From NCBI RefSeq assembly GCF_009914755.1, contig NC_060931.1: a DNA stretch of 64,000 nt. The stretch is one strand, 5' to 3'. The notes beneath the pieces were generated by a model, which did not search any database, had not been told where the DNA came from, and was given only the letters and a program-made list of their open reading frames with translations. Below, in pieces: positions 1-13,350 of the stretch. Position numbers and translations under genes: made by a program. The DNA comes from the human T2T-CHM13v2.0 reference genome, Homo sapiens. Numbering within the stretch: the first letter of the stretch is position 1; each line of letters starts with the position of its first letter.

Positions 1-394
1 AGCTGAATCTAATGGATATTTTTCAGGCCTTCTCCCATATGGCCTTTCTGCAGCATTTAGCACTGAAAATTCCTGGAAATAGCCTTCACTGTAGCTCTTC
101 TGCTCTTCCTCTCCACATCTCTTAAATATTATCTCCCAGGGCCTTGTTCTTGGCCTTTTTCTCTTCTCATGACGTGCTTTGCAAGGGTTAGTTATCTACA
201 TCCATGGCGACCATTAATACACCTCTATGCTAACTTCCCAAATGTATATGAATAGACATCCACAATTTAGCAGGAGGCGTGTAATTTATAAGGCCACTTT
301 TACAATTAACTTAAATAACTCTATTCATTTTAGATGCAGATTAACTGTGTTTCTCTGTTTTATTGTCTCTACAGTAAAGCTGTCACAGTGGAAA

Positions 395-560
395 GAAGTG
401 GTTCTGAATTCTGGTTGGACATTAAAATACTTGAGGAGTTATATAATAGTCTCAGACTATACCCAGACGAATGAAATCAGAGTTTCTGGAGATGAGACTC
501 CAGCATAAGTATTTTTTTTATTTTCTAGGTGGCTCTGGTGTGCAGCTACCAGAATCTCTG
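395..560. mobile_element. MER5-like hAT-Charlie MITE fragment
   Basis: agtggttct...gaaatcagagtttctggagatgagactccagcataagtattttt...ggtggctctggtgtgcagc resembles MER5A/B; boundaries approximate. Confidence 0.55.
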
Positions 561-634
561 GGGTATTGAACCCCTGGATGAGCCTGAAGTTCTTCTGTGG
601 ATCCTCACTCTATTATCTGACAAGTATTAACATG

Positions 635-820
635 GACTTTTGAGTCAACAGACATTAGTTTGAATCCTGGCTTAACCCTCACTAGATGCATACATTTGAG
701 CAAGTTACTTAACCCCTATCAGCCTCAGTTTTTACTTTTGTGAAATAAATAAAACAATACTTGTCCTATAGGTTTTTGTGAGAATTAAATCAAATAAGGT
801 ATTGTAAACACCTGACACAG
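635..820 (+). mobile_element. MIR SINE fragment
   Basis: tttgaatcctggct...ttgagcaagttacttaaccc...agcctcagtttt...tgtgagaattaaat MIR core. Confidence 0.75.
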
Positions 821-976
821 TTAACACTGTAAATTATGCATATTATGCATCTACTAAAGTGAACATTACAACAATTGCAGCAAAATGGAAAAATGCATAT
901 AATTTAATGTTAAAGGGAAAAAGTAAATATAAAGTAGAATTTATATAGTATAATTGTGTAAGATACCTATGCATAT

Positions 977-1770
977 TGTGACATAACAAGAAATATGTAT
1001 TTGATCTCCACTCCCAGATCATAGCACAGAGCTCCAAAATTCCTTAGAATGTCCTGGGTGATGGAAGCATCTTTTGTTTTAATGAGGCAACTCTTGGTGA
1101 GTCCCTAAACGGCTTGAGGATGGGGACTGGTCACCAGAAAGCCATGATTCGAAGCTTGGAACTTTCAGCCCCATTGCCCCATTCCCAGATCTTCCAGGGA
1201 GAAAGAGGGGCTAGAGATTGAATTAAAAATTGACCATGCCTATGTGATGAAACCTCCATAAAAAAAATCCCTAAAAGATGGAGTTCAGAGAGTTTCTGGG
1301 TTAGTGAACACATCCACATACCAGTGGGTAGCACACCCCAGTCCCACAGGGACAGAAGCTCCTGTACTCAAGACCCTTTCAGACTTTGCCCTATGTACTT
1401 CTTCATCTGGCTGTTCACCTCTATCTTTTATAATATCCTTAATAATAAACTAGTAAATGTAAGTGTTTCCCTGAGTTCTATGAGTCATCATAGCAAATCA
1501 TCAAACTTGAGGAAGGGACCATAGGAATCCCTGATTTGTAGCTAAGGCAGGCAGAAGGGTGAGTCAGTGGGGATGCAGTACTTGGAACTGGTGCCTGAAG
1601 TGGGGGCAGTCTTTTGAGACTGAGCCCTTAACCTGCGGGGTGTGTGCTAACCCCAGGTAGTGTCAGAAGTAAAGTACTGAATAGAGAAAAATTGTTTTTC
1701 CTCTTTAGTTAGTGCCAAAAGTTGAGATGAGAGTGAGTAGAAAACAATATTGTGTTTTTTCTTTTACATA
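977..1770. mobile_element. MER21-family LTR
   Basis: tgtgacataacaagaaatatgtatttg...cacagagctcc...ggtcaccagaaagccatgatt...ttggaactttcagcccc typical of MER21B/C; end approximate. Confidence 0.7.
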
Positions 1771-2927
1771 TGAAACAAAACTGAAAGGGAGCATGAAAAA
1801 TACAAAAATGGGTATTTTTTTTACTAGTCTTTCTCTCTTTTGAAGTTCTGTACCTTTGTGAGAAGACAACAAAACTGGCAATGATGCATTTGTGCCCCTT
1901 TATCTTTTCCCCCCTTAAAATATGCTCAGTAGCAAGAGTGGCATCATAAGATTTTTTTCAGTAGCCAAGTGCAAAAGTATTCAGAAGCTGAAAGTAAAGC
2001 CAGGAGAAGGTGAGGGAGGAAGCAATGTTCAAAGTCAGTCCAGGAAGGTGAGAACTGAATTAAAGGAAAAAATCAGAATCCAATTCCTGTCAGGGTTATA
2101 ATAGGAGCAATGTAATTATCTACATGCAATCCTTGCTGGTGTATAGAATTATGTCAAATAGCTGGATGTAGGGAGGGTCACACTCAGTGGAGAAGTTAGA
2201 AGATGTGTGCTTTCACTCACGAATGAGAGGAGAGTAGATCAGGTAAGCAGAAGTTGGAAGATGTGTGCTTCTCTCAAAGCAGAAGTTGGAAGACTTGTGC
2301 TTTCTCTCTCTTCCCAGTGTTCACGAATGAGAAGAGAGTAGTCCAGGTAAGCTGTGCCTGAGTCTTGCTGAACTGAGATGTCTCTTAAAGAGCAGGAAGT
2401 GGGGAGAAACACACATCTTCAAACTTCTGCTTTGAGTGTGACCCTCACAGCCTCACTCAGCGGACTTCATGAAAAAAGGCAAAGGGAAAAACCAAATCAA
2501 GATGGGAGGAAGGCTGCAGTTCCAAAGGAAAGTAACAGAAGGAGATTAAGGGAGAAAATGTCTTTCAGCAGCACAAGAGCCAGATGGGAGTAACTGCTAG
2601 GGGAGCACATAGTCTGAATAGTCATGTAATGGGAAAATTGATTTACAGATATAAGGAACTTAGGCATTGCAACCAATTGCACACATCAATCTGTATGTGC
2701 TCCTAAGTGTAGGTAGGATCTGTGGGCCTACTGATAAAACTTTTTGAATAGAAGGATGAGATTTCTACATACCCCTTGCATATCAGGCAGGTGCTATGGA
2801 CCAACCACCTCCACAACTGGGAGACTCGAGCCTGGTCTGAGCTGGGGAAAGTCAGTGTCAGTACCAATTTCCTCATCTGTAAAAGGAAAGATTATATTCT
2901 ACTCTGACTGATCTAAAATGCTAATAC

Positions 2928-3108
2928 ATTAGCTGGGCATGGTGGCAGGTGAATGTAGTCCCAGCTATTCAGTAGGCTGAGGTGGGAGGATCACTTGAGC
3001 CCAAAGTGGATCACTTGAGCCTGGGATGTCAAGGCTGCAGTGAGCCGTGATTGCACCACTACACTCCAACTTGGGTTGGACCCTGTAAAATAACATAATA
3101 AAATAAAA
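2928..3108 (+). mobile_element. Old Alu right monomer (FRAM/AluJ-like)
   Basis: ttagctgggcatggtggca...tgcagtgagccgtgattgcaccact; short internal duplication of ggatcacttgagcc; A-rich tail. Confidence 0.8.
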
Positions 3109-3164
3109 TGCTAATACACTGTGAAATAATTAGAAGATCTATTTTTACATTTTTGTACTTTTGC

Positions 3165-3515
3165 ACCAGGCATGGTGGCTCATGCCTGTAATCCCAGCAC
3201 TTTGGGAGGCTGAGGCGGGAGGATTGCTTGAGGCCAGGAGTTCAAGACCAGCCCTGGCAACATAGCGAGGGCAGGCTTGATGGCACATGCTTGTAGTCAC
3301 TGTACCAGGGAGGCTGAGGTGGGAGGATGGCTTGAGACCAGGAATTCAAGGTTGCGGTGTGCTGTGATCACACTCTGCACTCAGCCTGGGTGACAGAGCA
3401 GCAACTTGTCAAAAGAAGGAAGGAAGGAAGCAAAGAAGGAGAAAGAAAGAAGAGGGAGGGAGGAGAGAGAAAGAAAGAAAAAAGAGAAAGAAAGAAAAGA
3501 AAAGAAAAGGAAGGA
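3165..3515 (+). mobile_element. AluJ with GA-rich degenerate tail
   Basis: ggcatggtggctcatgcctgtaatcccagcac...ggattgcttgaggccagg (J diagnostics), followed by GAAA/GGAA-rich tract 3410-3515. Confidence 0.85.
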
Positions 3516-3665
3516 AGTATTTCTAGATTTACATAAAAGTTGAAGAGAGAGATAGTACAGGGTATACCCTTCACCCAGCTTCCCTAACATCTTATCAATA
3601 TAAAACCATGGTACATTTAACAAAACTAAAAAAAAATAGCATTGGTACAATACTATTATCTAACT

Positions 3666-3888
3666 AGGGGTGTCCAATCTTTTGGCTTCCATAGGCCATA
3701 TTGGAAAAAGAAGAATTATCTTTGGCCACACATAAAATACACTAACATTGATGATACCTGATGAGCTAAAAAAAAAATCACCAGAAAATCTAATAATGTT
3801 TTAAGAAAGTTTATGAATTTGCACTGGGCCACATTCAAAGCCATCTTGGACTGCATGTGGCCCATGGGCCACGGGTTGGACAAGCTTG
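3666..3888. mobile_element. MER30 DNA transposon inside an old L1MC-like 3' fragment (approx 3520-3920)
   Basis: aggggtgtccaatcttttggcttcc ... gggttggacaagcttg termini characteristic of MER30. Confidence 0.8.
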
Positions 3889-4062
3889 ATCTAAACTATA
3901 GATATTATTGAGAGTTCTCTATTTTTAAATAAGGCTGCTATGTAGTGAGACCTGTGTCCTTGAGCAAATCTCAGAGGCTGTCTCTTATGTCCACTAATAA
4001 ACAAAAATTTCCTCTCTCATAGAGGTGTTGTAGGAATTAAATGAGATGTAATAGGTGAAATA

Positions 4063-4211
4063 GTTTTTTTTTTGTCTTTTTTTTTTCTTTTTGTGGAGAA
4101 CGGGGTCTCACTATATTGCCCAGGCAGGTCTTGAACTTCTGGGCTCAAGCTATCCTCCTGCCTCTGCCTCCCTAAGAGCTGGGATTACAGGCTTGAGCCA
4201 CTGTGCCCAGC
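4063..4211 (-). mobile_element. FLAM-type Alu monomer
   Basis: polyT then single left monomer; TSD gtgaaatag on both sides. Confidence 0.8.
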
Positions 4212-5351
4212 GTGAAATAGATTTTTACTCTAAACTGCTATTCACTGGAATAAGCCACAATGGATAAGAGATAATTTTTAGATGTTTTAATAATTGACTT
4301 GGCAGTGCTACTGAAGCAGATAAAATCTGCAGCACTGGTCTAGCAGCATACATTGCTGAAACACTGTTCTCAATTTGAAAGTGTAAAATTTGCCCAGAGA
4401 AATTAGAGAAATACATTCATTAAGTCAATCCTCTCAAATATGAGCAAATAGATTCTTGAGCAGATAAACAATTTCCTAAAGTTCCTACAATAACTTTTGG
4501 ATTTTTCACATGTGTATTATTTTTAACTAATTAATTTCATGAGTCAGGAATTTGAAAATATTTAAGGACAGGTAAATAATTTTTCAGGTTTTGAACTATA
4601 TTTCTTAAGAAAACTTAGGAAAAAGTAATGGAACTAATACCAGTTGTTATTTCATTATTTCATTCAAAATCTAGAATATTACTGATAATAATTTTGAGTA
4701 AATTATTTAAAATTCAGGCATACCTTTAGGAAATGTGTGTACCATACCCTGGCTGTTTTTTTTTTTTTCAGTTATTCATTTAGCCTTAGGAGTTTCCATT
4801 TCTTCATTGTAAAATGGGCACAATGGAATAGTTTTTCAAACCTCTCTGAGACTGACATCATGTGACTGTTTCACCACAAGAGAGAGGCCTAACATTAAAG
4901 GGGAGAAAGAAAAAACAAAATAAATGTAAATGTAGTTCACAGATGCAGGACAGTTATAGCTGTTTTTCATGTAATGATATTATTGGCCTTTATGTTTTAG
5001 ACGGAGTGGTGGTTTAAAGTCTTTTTCACAAAGGTATTTTCTCTGTGATAATTTTAAACACAGCACGACACAAACACTGTACACACTCAAGCTTAAACCT
5101 GCCAGCCTTGATGTAGGTGACTTTCCCATACTACTTAAGTTGTTCTCTAAATAGACATAACAGTGGGGGTAGTAACACTTCTTTTCTTAGAATAATGCCA
5201 CTCTAATTTTTTTAGGAAGACTAGACAGAAATACAATCTTATTGCTTAAACATCCAGCTTCACAGTGAAAAATAAATATCTGAAGAAGTTAATAATATTG
5301 CTTAACATATCTATGACATCTTTTTCTAATAATGGGCAATATATCAATTTA

Positions 5352-5673
<322 letters not shown>

Positions 5674-7238
5674 TGATGGCAAAGGCAGCCAATCTGGTGC
5701 ACCCACTGCAAAGACGTCTACTGCAGCAGGGGAGGTTATCAGTCTGCAGGTAACTAGTGGGAGCCCAGCCCCTTTCTGAATTGGTGGGGCAGGAGCCCTG
5801 CCCTCCTGGGTGCAGCTGCAGCTGCCCAGCTGCAGCTGTGGACCTGGGCATCTCTGAACTCTTGGGGACCAAGGAAGACCCCTTCCCCCACAGGCTGGGA
5901 AGTGCCTGCTCCTGCTGCCTGGCCTCGCCCTCCTCCTGGCACCCTCTCTGATTTTGGAGCAAAGTTGAGGCCCAGCCCAGGCACTGTCATGACCCAACCA
6001 GGTGTGTGTGCACTCAGGGTGGTGCTAACATGCCAGCCCCCTGCCACCTTGGCCCCCTCTAGACTTTGGGTGCCTACCAGCATGGGAGGGAGGCTGATGG
6101 GGGCCACTGAGGGGAGCTCGGAAGAGGCCTGGAGGCTGCCCTCCTCACAAACAGACTGGGTGCTGTGGACAACATGATTGATGAAGGCAGGAGGCAGACA
6201 GGCTCCTGTGTGGAAAGGGGTGGTCCCCAGTGAAGCCCCACCTTCAAGTCAAGGATGGCCTGAAGCATGAGGGCTGGGCTGTCAGTTCCAGTGGAGTCAG
6301 CCAACTGGAGTGAGAGCTGGACACACCTTGGGGTGACCTGCCAGAGGAATGGAGCTACCCACTGTGGATCACCTCTCTGCTGAGAGCTGAACAGACATCA
6401 GGATGACCTGCCTGTGGATAGGAGCTACCCAGTCTAGATCTCCTCTCTGCTGAGGGCTACGCAGATGTCAGGACAACCTGCCAGCAGAAAGGAGCTAGCC
6501 ACTCTGGGTCTTCTCTCCACTGAGAGCTGGACAGATGTCCAGACAACCTGCCTGCAGAAAGGAGCTGCTACCCACTTCGGGTCTCCTGAGAGCTGTTCTG
6601 TTGCTCAAGAAGCTCCTCTCTGCCTTGCTCACCCTCCAATTGTCTGTGCACCTCATTCTTTCTGTACATGGGACAAGAACTCGAGAGGGACTGAATGGCG
6701 GGACTGAAAGAGCTGTAACACAAACAGGGCTGAAATATGCCCCCATCCCCACTCACCATGTTGCCTAGGATGAGAAGGAGAAGAGCTGTGGCCCTTCGGG
6801 AACCCCAGACCTAGGGTGCTCCCTGAGCCAGGGCTGTGACACCCTCTTTGGGCCTCTCCAGTTCCTAGTGTCTCCAAGCTTCTGGGTGCCACAGCATTCC
6901 CCTTGTCCAGACACAGGTGCCCACAGTGGAAGCTGTATATTGTACATCTGGTCCAGCCACAACCTCTCATGGAGCCGCCAGCCAACTGCAGCAGCCAGCG
7001 TGTCTGGCTGTGCATGGTGGCCAGACCCCATGCTTGCTTACCCACACACCACTCGCTGCTCCGCACCTGGCTCGCCTTTGGCAGTTGTGGGATGTGGGCC
7101 AGTAGTGCCAGCCAAGAGCAGCCTGCCAGGCCAAGGGGGCAGAACAAGCCCAGCAGTGCCAGCAATACTCAGGCAGAAGGCGCCGCTGGCCACAGAGGTT
7201 TCCAGCTGGCAAAGTGACAACTCAAGGATCCTGTGACA
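5674..7238 (+). mobile_element. MER52-family long solo LTR (ERV1)
   Basis: TG...CA termini (tgatggcaaaggcagcc...atcctgtgaca), GC-rich, four internal ~68-bp repeats (acctgcc...ggagctacccact...ctctctgctgag) at ~6316-6580; near-TSD ttgt/tttt. Confidence 0.75.
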
Positions 7239-7810
7239 TTTTCTTTAAAAATAAACAAATAAATAATGCAGAAAAATTAATCAAACAAAAACAAGAATGA
7301 AAACATTTTGTCATCATGACTTCTGACATTTTAGATAAAATAAACAGAACATCACAGAATAAGTTTGTCTAATTTGTTTCTCTCTCCAAGGAAGAAGTTT
7401 TGAGAGGCTTTATTTTTTCCTAAAGAAAAACATCAAGATTGAGAAGGAAAAAGCAAATAAATAGCAACCAGGACAAAGAAATTGTCTTGCAATCTGCCCT
7501 TCCAACAGTACACATTTTTCCTTCTTAGAGAGTCATTTGCATTCTCCCCAGTGAAAACATTGGCACCACTATCCCTTGGCTGAGTTCCTTGACAATCCCT
7601 GCACTGAAGACATCTGTTACTGAAATAGATTAGGAAAATAAGTAGATTAGGGAAAAGGTATTAAGTCTCAGAATATACAAAGGAAGAAATTTCATCTCTA
7701 CCACCCAACATGGTGTTTTTCCACCTCAGACTCTAAAGAAAGAGATAACCAGAAACTCTGAATATCTAATGTAATTAACTTCTCCTGCCTACATGTCTTC
7801 TGTTGCCTCC

Positions 7811-9033
7811 TGTAATGGGTTGAATTGTGGCCTCCCAAAAGATATGTCCACCTAAAACCTGTGGCTGTAATTGTGTTAAAAAAAAAATCAGTGACACTTG
7901 TTAAAGCACAGCATGGAAAACTTTATCCAGAAACATCATGATTGGTATAGGGACTGCTACAATGGGGTCTTGCAGCAGCAGAGAGAGATTTGGCTCAACT
8001 CTGAATACAGAATAGGCAAGTGGGAATTTATAGCCAAGGAGTAAGGTGGGACTCAGTGCATGGAAAATTACTAAAAGGAAATATCAGATGGGCATTCTGG
8101 TTAAACCGGTGTCCTTGCTGAAGACACACCAGGGTGATCAGACATCACCTGGGGAATGATGGAGGATGAGGAACCCGATCAGCTACAGAGCATGATCAGA
8201 TATGTAGGGGCTTTTAGCTATCCTGACCTAGCAGAGTTCTCTTCTACAACTGGATTTTACAAGGAAGTGCACAGATGAGCCTAGGAGAAGTGTCAGGAGC
8301 CTGACTAAAGTTTGGCCAAGCAGAGAATCTTTGTCAACTGCTCTGGATTGAATGTTTATGTCCTTCCCAAATTTATAAGTTGAAGCCCTATCCCCAGTGT
8401 GATGGTATTTGAAAGTGGGGCCTTTAGGAGGTAATTAGATCATGAGGGTAGAACCTTCTTGAATGGGATTAGTACCCTTATAAGAAAATACATGAAAGAT
8501 ATTATCTCGGTCTCTCTCCCACATGAGGATAGAGCCAGAGGCAGCAATCTGCAAGCCAGGAATAAGTCCCTCACCAGAACCCAACCATACTGGTACCCTG
8601 ATCTTGGACTTCCAGCTCCCAGAACTGTGAGGAATAAATGTTCATTGTTTAAGCCACCCGATTTATGTTATTTGTTATACCAGCCTGACCTGAGTAAGAC
8701 AGTGAACGTATTTGGAGAGAAGGCTCTTTGCAGGTGTAGTTAACGATCTCGAGAGGAAATCATCTTGGATTGGGGTGGTCCCTAAGTCCAATGATTAGTG
8801 CCCTTTTAAGAGTAGGTGACCATATAGAGACACACAGAGAAGGCCATGTGAAAATGGGGTTGAGATTGGAGCATGGAAAGGATTATCCCTCAGAACTTCC
8901 TGAAGAAAACAACCATGACTACACTTTGATTTCAGACTTCTGACCTGCAGAACTGTGAGAGAATAAATAAATGTCTGTTGTTTGAAGCCACTAGTTTGTG
9001 GTAATTTGTTTCAGCAGCCCTAGGAAACTACAA
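7811..9033 (+). mobile_element. Nested LTR cluster: MLT1B/C-like LTR interrupted by a MER31/MER67-like LTR (7874-8336, minus) and an MLT1A/MSTD-like LTR (8339-8701)
   Basis: tgtaatgggttgaattgtggcc start; MaLR 3' motif ccagaactgtgag...aataaat...tttaagccac twice (8620, 8950); reverse complement tgacaaagattctctgcttggccaaactttagtcaggctcc at 8336. Confidence 0.65.
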
Positions 9034-9544
9034 TTGTTCTACTGGGAACTGCTTTTCCCTTCATTAAAAATGTTTCAAGAATCTGTTAATGTTGACAAAG
9101 TTTTCTCCTGTGCACAGCCCCTAGAAAAACCACTTGTTCAAAAGTGAAAAGTGTTCTAAGAGAACGATTGCATACAGAATAGGAAACCTATCATCTGTAT
9201 AGTATAAAACCTACCTATAAAATAAGAACACTGAATTTTTAATAGACCCCAGAACATTAGTGTCATACTTCAATGTCATCCTTAGACTATACACCTAAAT
9301 CAAATTGCTACATTCATTCACTCACTCACCCTCTTGAAAGTCTTCTTTTGTATTCACCTTAGAACCTGTTGGCAAGTTACATGAGCAAAACAATTTCATT
9401 CATTTATAGTTACAACTCCAAGAATTATGATCCAATCTTTACTCTTAGAAAATTTAAGTTGCAGTGGCAGAAACAAATATTGAACTGGACCCCATTTTAA
9501 ATTTAAAATATATGTATATTCCCAAAAGATGAAGAACTTTGTTG

Positions 9545-9844
9545 TTTTTTTTTTTTTTTTTTTTTTGAGGCAGGGTCTCACTCTGTTGCCCAGGCTGCAG
9601 TGCAGTGGTGAGATCACAACAGGCCTCGACCTTCCAGGCTCAGCTGATACTCCCACCTCAGCCTCTCAATTAGCTGGGATTACAGGCATGTGCCACCATG
9701 CCTAGCTAATTTTTTCTTTTTTTTTTAGAAACAGGGTTTTGTCATGTTGCCCAGGCTGGTCTCAAACTTCTGGGCTCAAGCGATCTACTTGTCTTGTCCT
9801 CCCAAAGTGCTGGGATTACAGGCATGAGCCGCTATACCAGGCCA
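9545..9844 (-). mobile_element. AluJ
   Basis: polyT, gagg-cagggtctcactctgttgcccaggctg..., ctgggctcaagcgatc J-type. Confidence 0.85.
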
Positions 9845-9869
9845 AAACTTTCTTTATTTATTGTTTTTA

Positions 9870-10315
9870 CACCCACCAAACTAGCGAAAATTAAAAGCCT
9901 AACAACAGCATGTTTTGGCAAAGATATAAAATATTAGAAAATCTCATACTTTGCTGGTGGTGTGGGTGTAACTGGAACACTACTTTAATCATCATATAGT
10001 TAAGTTTAAAATGCATTATCTCTTCCTCCAACAATTCTAAACCTAGGTGTATAGAAGAAACTTTCGCACAAATATACCAAGAGACTTGTGCAAGAAGCTG
10101 CAAGGGAACATTGTTTGTAACAACAAAAAGGTGGAAACAGCCCAAATGCCCATAAACAGATAGAACAAATAAATAGATGAAACATACTAATACAATAGAA
10201 TATAGCAATGAAAATAAGCAAACCACAGTTATATATATCAACATACCAACAAGGGTAAATCACACAACCGTAATGGTGAACAACAACCAAAAAAGGAAGT
10301 TGCAGAATCTCATGG
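9870..10315 (+). mobile_element. Ancient L1M (L1ME-like) ORF2-end/3'UTR fragment
   Basis: ctcatactttgctggtggtg...caattctaaacctaggt...tggaaacagcccaaatgccc degenerate L1 3' motifs. Confidence 0.6.
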
Positions 10316-10319
10316 AGTT

Positions 10320-10758
10320 TGTAGCAGACACTGGCAATGCCTTGCTTGTATCCCATTGGACACTACCATTTCAGTGCAGGCCAATCCACCCTCCAACTGC
10401 CAGTAACTGCAACTCCTTGCCCAGGGGCTTCTCTTTGCTGAAATCACTCTGCCTGCATGCATGGAAGGCCAGAAGTGCCAGGGAATCACAGGTAATATGT
10501 GTAAATACCCCAGCTCCTTTACCCCATGGATGGGATAACTCTAAGGTATATATTCTGGTTCCAGAGCTCCTCCATGTGATTAAGATATAGTTGCCCACAG
10601 TGGTAACTTCTTTGATAGCAACCCTAAGCTGGCCTCCTTTCCTCCCCTATCTCAGTTCCCAGCTCCCCTACTGGGTTTTTGTGGCCCATTTCCCAAATCA
10701 ACCACTTGCATTATAGTCCATATCTGAGGGTGTGCTTCTGACAAACAAAACTAAGACA
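10320..10758. mobile_element. LTR16-like ERVL LTR
   Basis: tgtagcagacactg...ccagagctcc...gcccacagtggtaact...cccaaatcaaccacttgc...aaactaagaca. Confidence 0.6.
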
Positions 10759-10797
10759 CTATGATTCTATTTGTATGTGGTTAGTAGAATGGCATTG

Positions 10798-12200
10798 CAG
10801 GCATACCTCAGAGATACTGAAGATTCAGTTCATGAATATTGCAGTAAAATGAGTCACACAAACATTTTGGTTTCCTAATGCATATAAAAGTTATGTTACA
10901 CTATACAGTAGTCTGTTAAATGTGCAATAGCATTATATCTACAAATACAATGCACATACCTTGATTTTAAATTACTGTATTGCTAAAATATGCTATCATT
11001 TGAGCCGGTAGTGATCTTCAGTAATCTTTTTGCTTGTTATGCCTCAATGTTGATGGCTCCTGACTGATCAGGGTGGCGGTACTAAAGGTTAGGGCGGCAC
11101 TAAAGTTTAGCACTTTCTAAAACTAAAACAATAATGAAGTTTGCCACATCAATTGACTTTCCCTTTTACAAAAGATTTCTCTGAAGCATGTGATGCTATC
11201 TGATAGCATTTTACCAATAGTAGAATGTCTTTCAAAACTGGAGTCAAACCTCTCAAACTCTGCCAATGCTTTATCAACTAAGTTTATGTAATATTTTAAA
11301 TCCTTTGTTGTCATTTCAACAATGTTTATAGCATCTTCACCAGAAGTAGATTCTATCTCAAGAAACCACTTTGCTCATCCATAAGAAGCAACTCCCATTT
11401 ATTGATCATGATATTGCATTAATTCAGTCACATCTTCCGATCCCCTTCTAGTTCTAGTTCTCTTGCTATTTCTACCATATCCGCAGTTATTTCCCCCACT
11501 GAAGTCTTGAACCCCTCCAAATCATTCATGAAGGTTGGAATCCACTTCTTCCAAACTCCTGTTAACGTTGATTTTTGGACCTCCTCCCAATGAATCACAA
11601 ATATTCTTAATGGCATTTAAAATGATAAATCCATGCTGTCTTTCTGTGTGAGAAAAAATAATAAAATAGAATAAAATGATGAGTCCTTTCCAGCAGGGTT
11701 TTCATTGACTTTGCCCAGATCCACCAGAGGGATCACTATTTATGGCAGCTGTAGCCTTATAAAATGTATTTCTTAAATAATAATACTTGAAAGTCAAAAA
11801 TATCCCTTAATCCATGGGCTGCAGAATGGATGTTGTGTTAGCAGCATCCATCCTGCAGCCCATGGATTGAGGTGTATTTTAATGAAAATAACATTCATCT
11901 CCTTGTATATCTCACCAGAAGTCTGTTTGACCAGGTTCATTGTCAATGAACATTAATATTTGGACAGGAGTCTCTTTTTCTAAGCTGTAGATCTCAACAG
12001 TGGGCTTAAAATATTCAGGAAACGATGCTGTAAACAGATTTACTGTCACTCTGGCTTTGTTGTTCCATTTATAGAGCAAAGGTAAAGTAGATTTTGCATA
12101 ATTCTTAAGGGCCCTGGGGTTTTCAGAATGGTAAATGAGCATCAAAGTGAACTTATTATAAAATCACCAGTTGCATTAAAAAGGGAGTCAGCCTGTCCTT
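10798..12200 (-). mobile_element. Tigger1 DNA transposon, partial (decayed transposase C-terminal part)
   Basis: TIR caggcatacctc at 10798; minus-strand peptides YHSENPRALKNYAKSTLPLLYKWNNKA, WEEVQKSTLTGVWKK, MTTKDLKYYINLVDKA match the pogo/Tigger transposase. Confidence 0.9.
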
Positions 12201-12888
12201 TACAGACTGAAGCTGCTGGCAGCAGGAGTCTGGGGCCTGACCCTAGGGTTTTGCCATTAATGTGATTACACAGTAATGCCTATCTCTTCCTGTCAACAGG
12301 CTTTCCAGTCCTGTGTCTTTCCCCCACTTATATCTCTTGCTTATTCATAGCTTCTATTTTCCCATAACCTCAACTTATTGAAACCTTTAGCTTATAAATG
12401 ACCCATTATTACCATTCTAGCCTCTCCTTATCTCAAGGACTTTTACCTTTTGCCTACTCTGTCAACCACATAAAATCTTTCTGCATGTTCGATTTCAGAT
12501 TCATGACACAGAGACTCTGATGGACCCTGACAGCCTCTTTATCAAAAAAGTTTTTTTGCATCAGGCGTTTTGATAGGTGATTGGTCAAGATAGAGACTGG
12601 CTACCCTGGTTGGACTGTGCCCTGCAAGGGTCAACATTCCTGCCCTTCCCAGTGGAGATCCCTTGGTATATTATGTGTCTGGCTAGAATTGTGGTGCCCT
12701 CTCGTGGACATTTTCAGTATTACAAGAGCCATAATTTTCTTCCAGGATTGTTTTCAAACTATGGGTACGTTAACTTAGGATGATGAAATCAACGAGCAGT
12801 TGACAACAATACATTTGGTCCAGAATTGTAATAATGAAATGGAAAGATATAAGAGTGCATCTCATTTATTAAGATTGAGTATTATTTT

Positions 12889-13216
<328 letters not shown>

Positions 13217-13280
13217 TCATGAAATTTTGTTTTAGATGTATGTGTGTGTGTGTGTGTGCGCGAGTGCGTGCATATAAATG

Positions 13281-13350
13281 TATTTGGTGCAAAAGCAATT
13301 GCAGTTTAAAAAATGTCAAAAACCACAGTTGCTTTTGGACCAACCTAAAT
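13281..13350. mobile_element. MADE1 (Hsmar1-derived MITE) within a probable Charlie4-like fragment (approx 12745-13580)
   Basis: ttggtgcaaaagcaattgc...gttgcttttggaccaacctaa inverted termini. Confidence 0.7.

Noticed and set aside
6316-6580. Four ~68-bp repeats resembling a CRISPR-like array
   Set aside because: Contiguous degenerate tandem units without unique spacers, internal to the LTR; eukaryotic context, no cas genes
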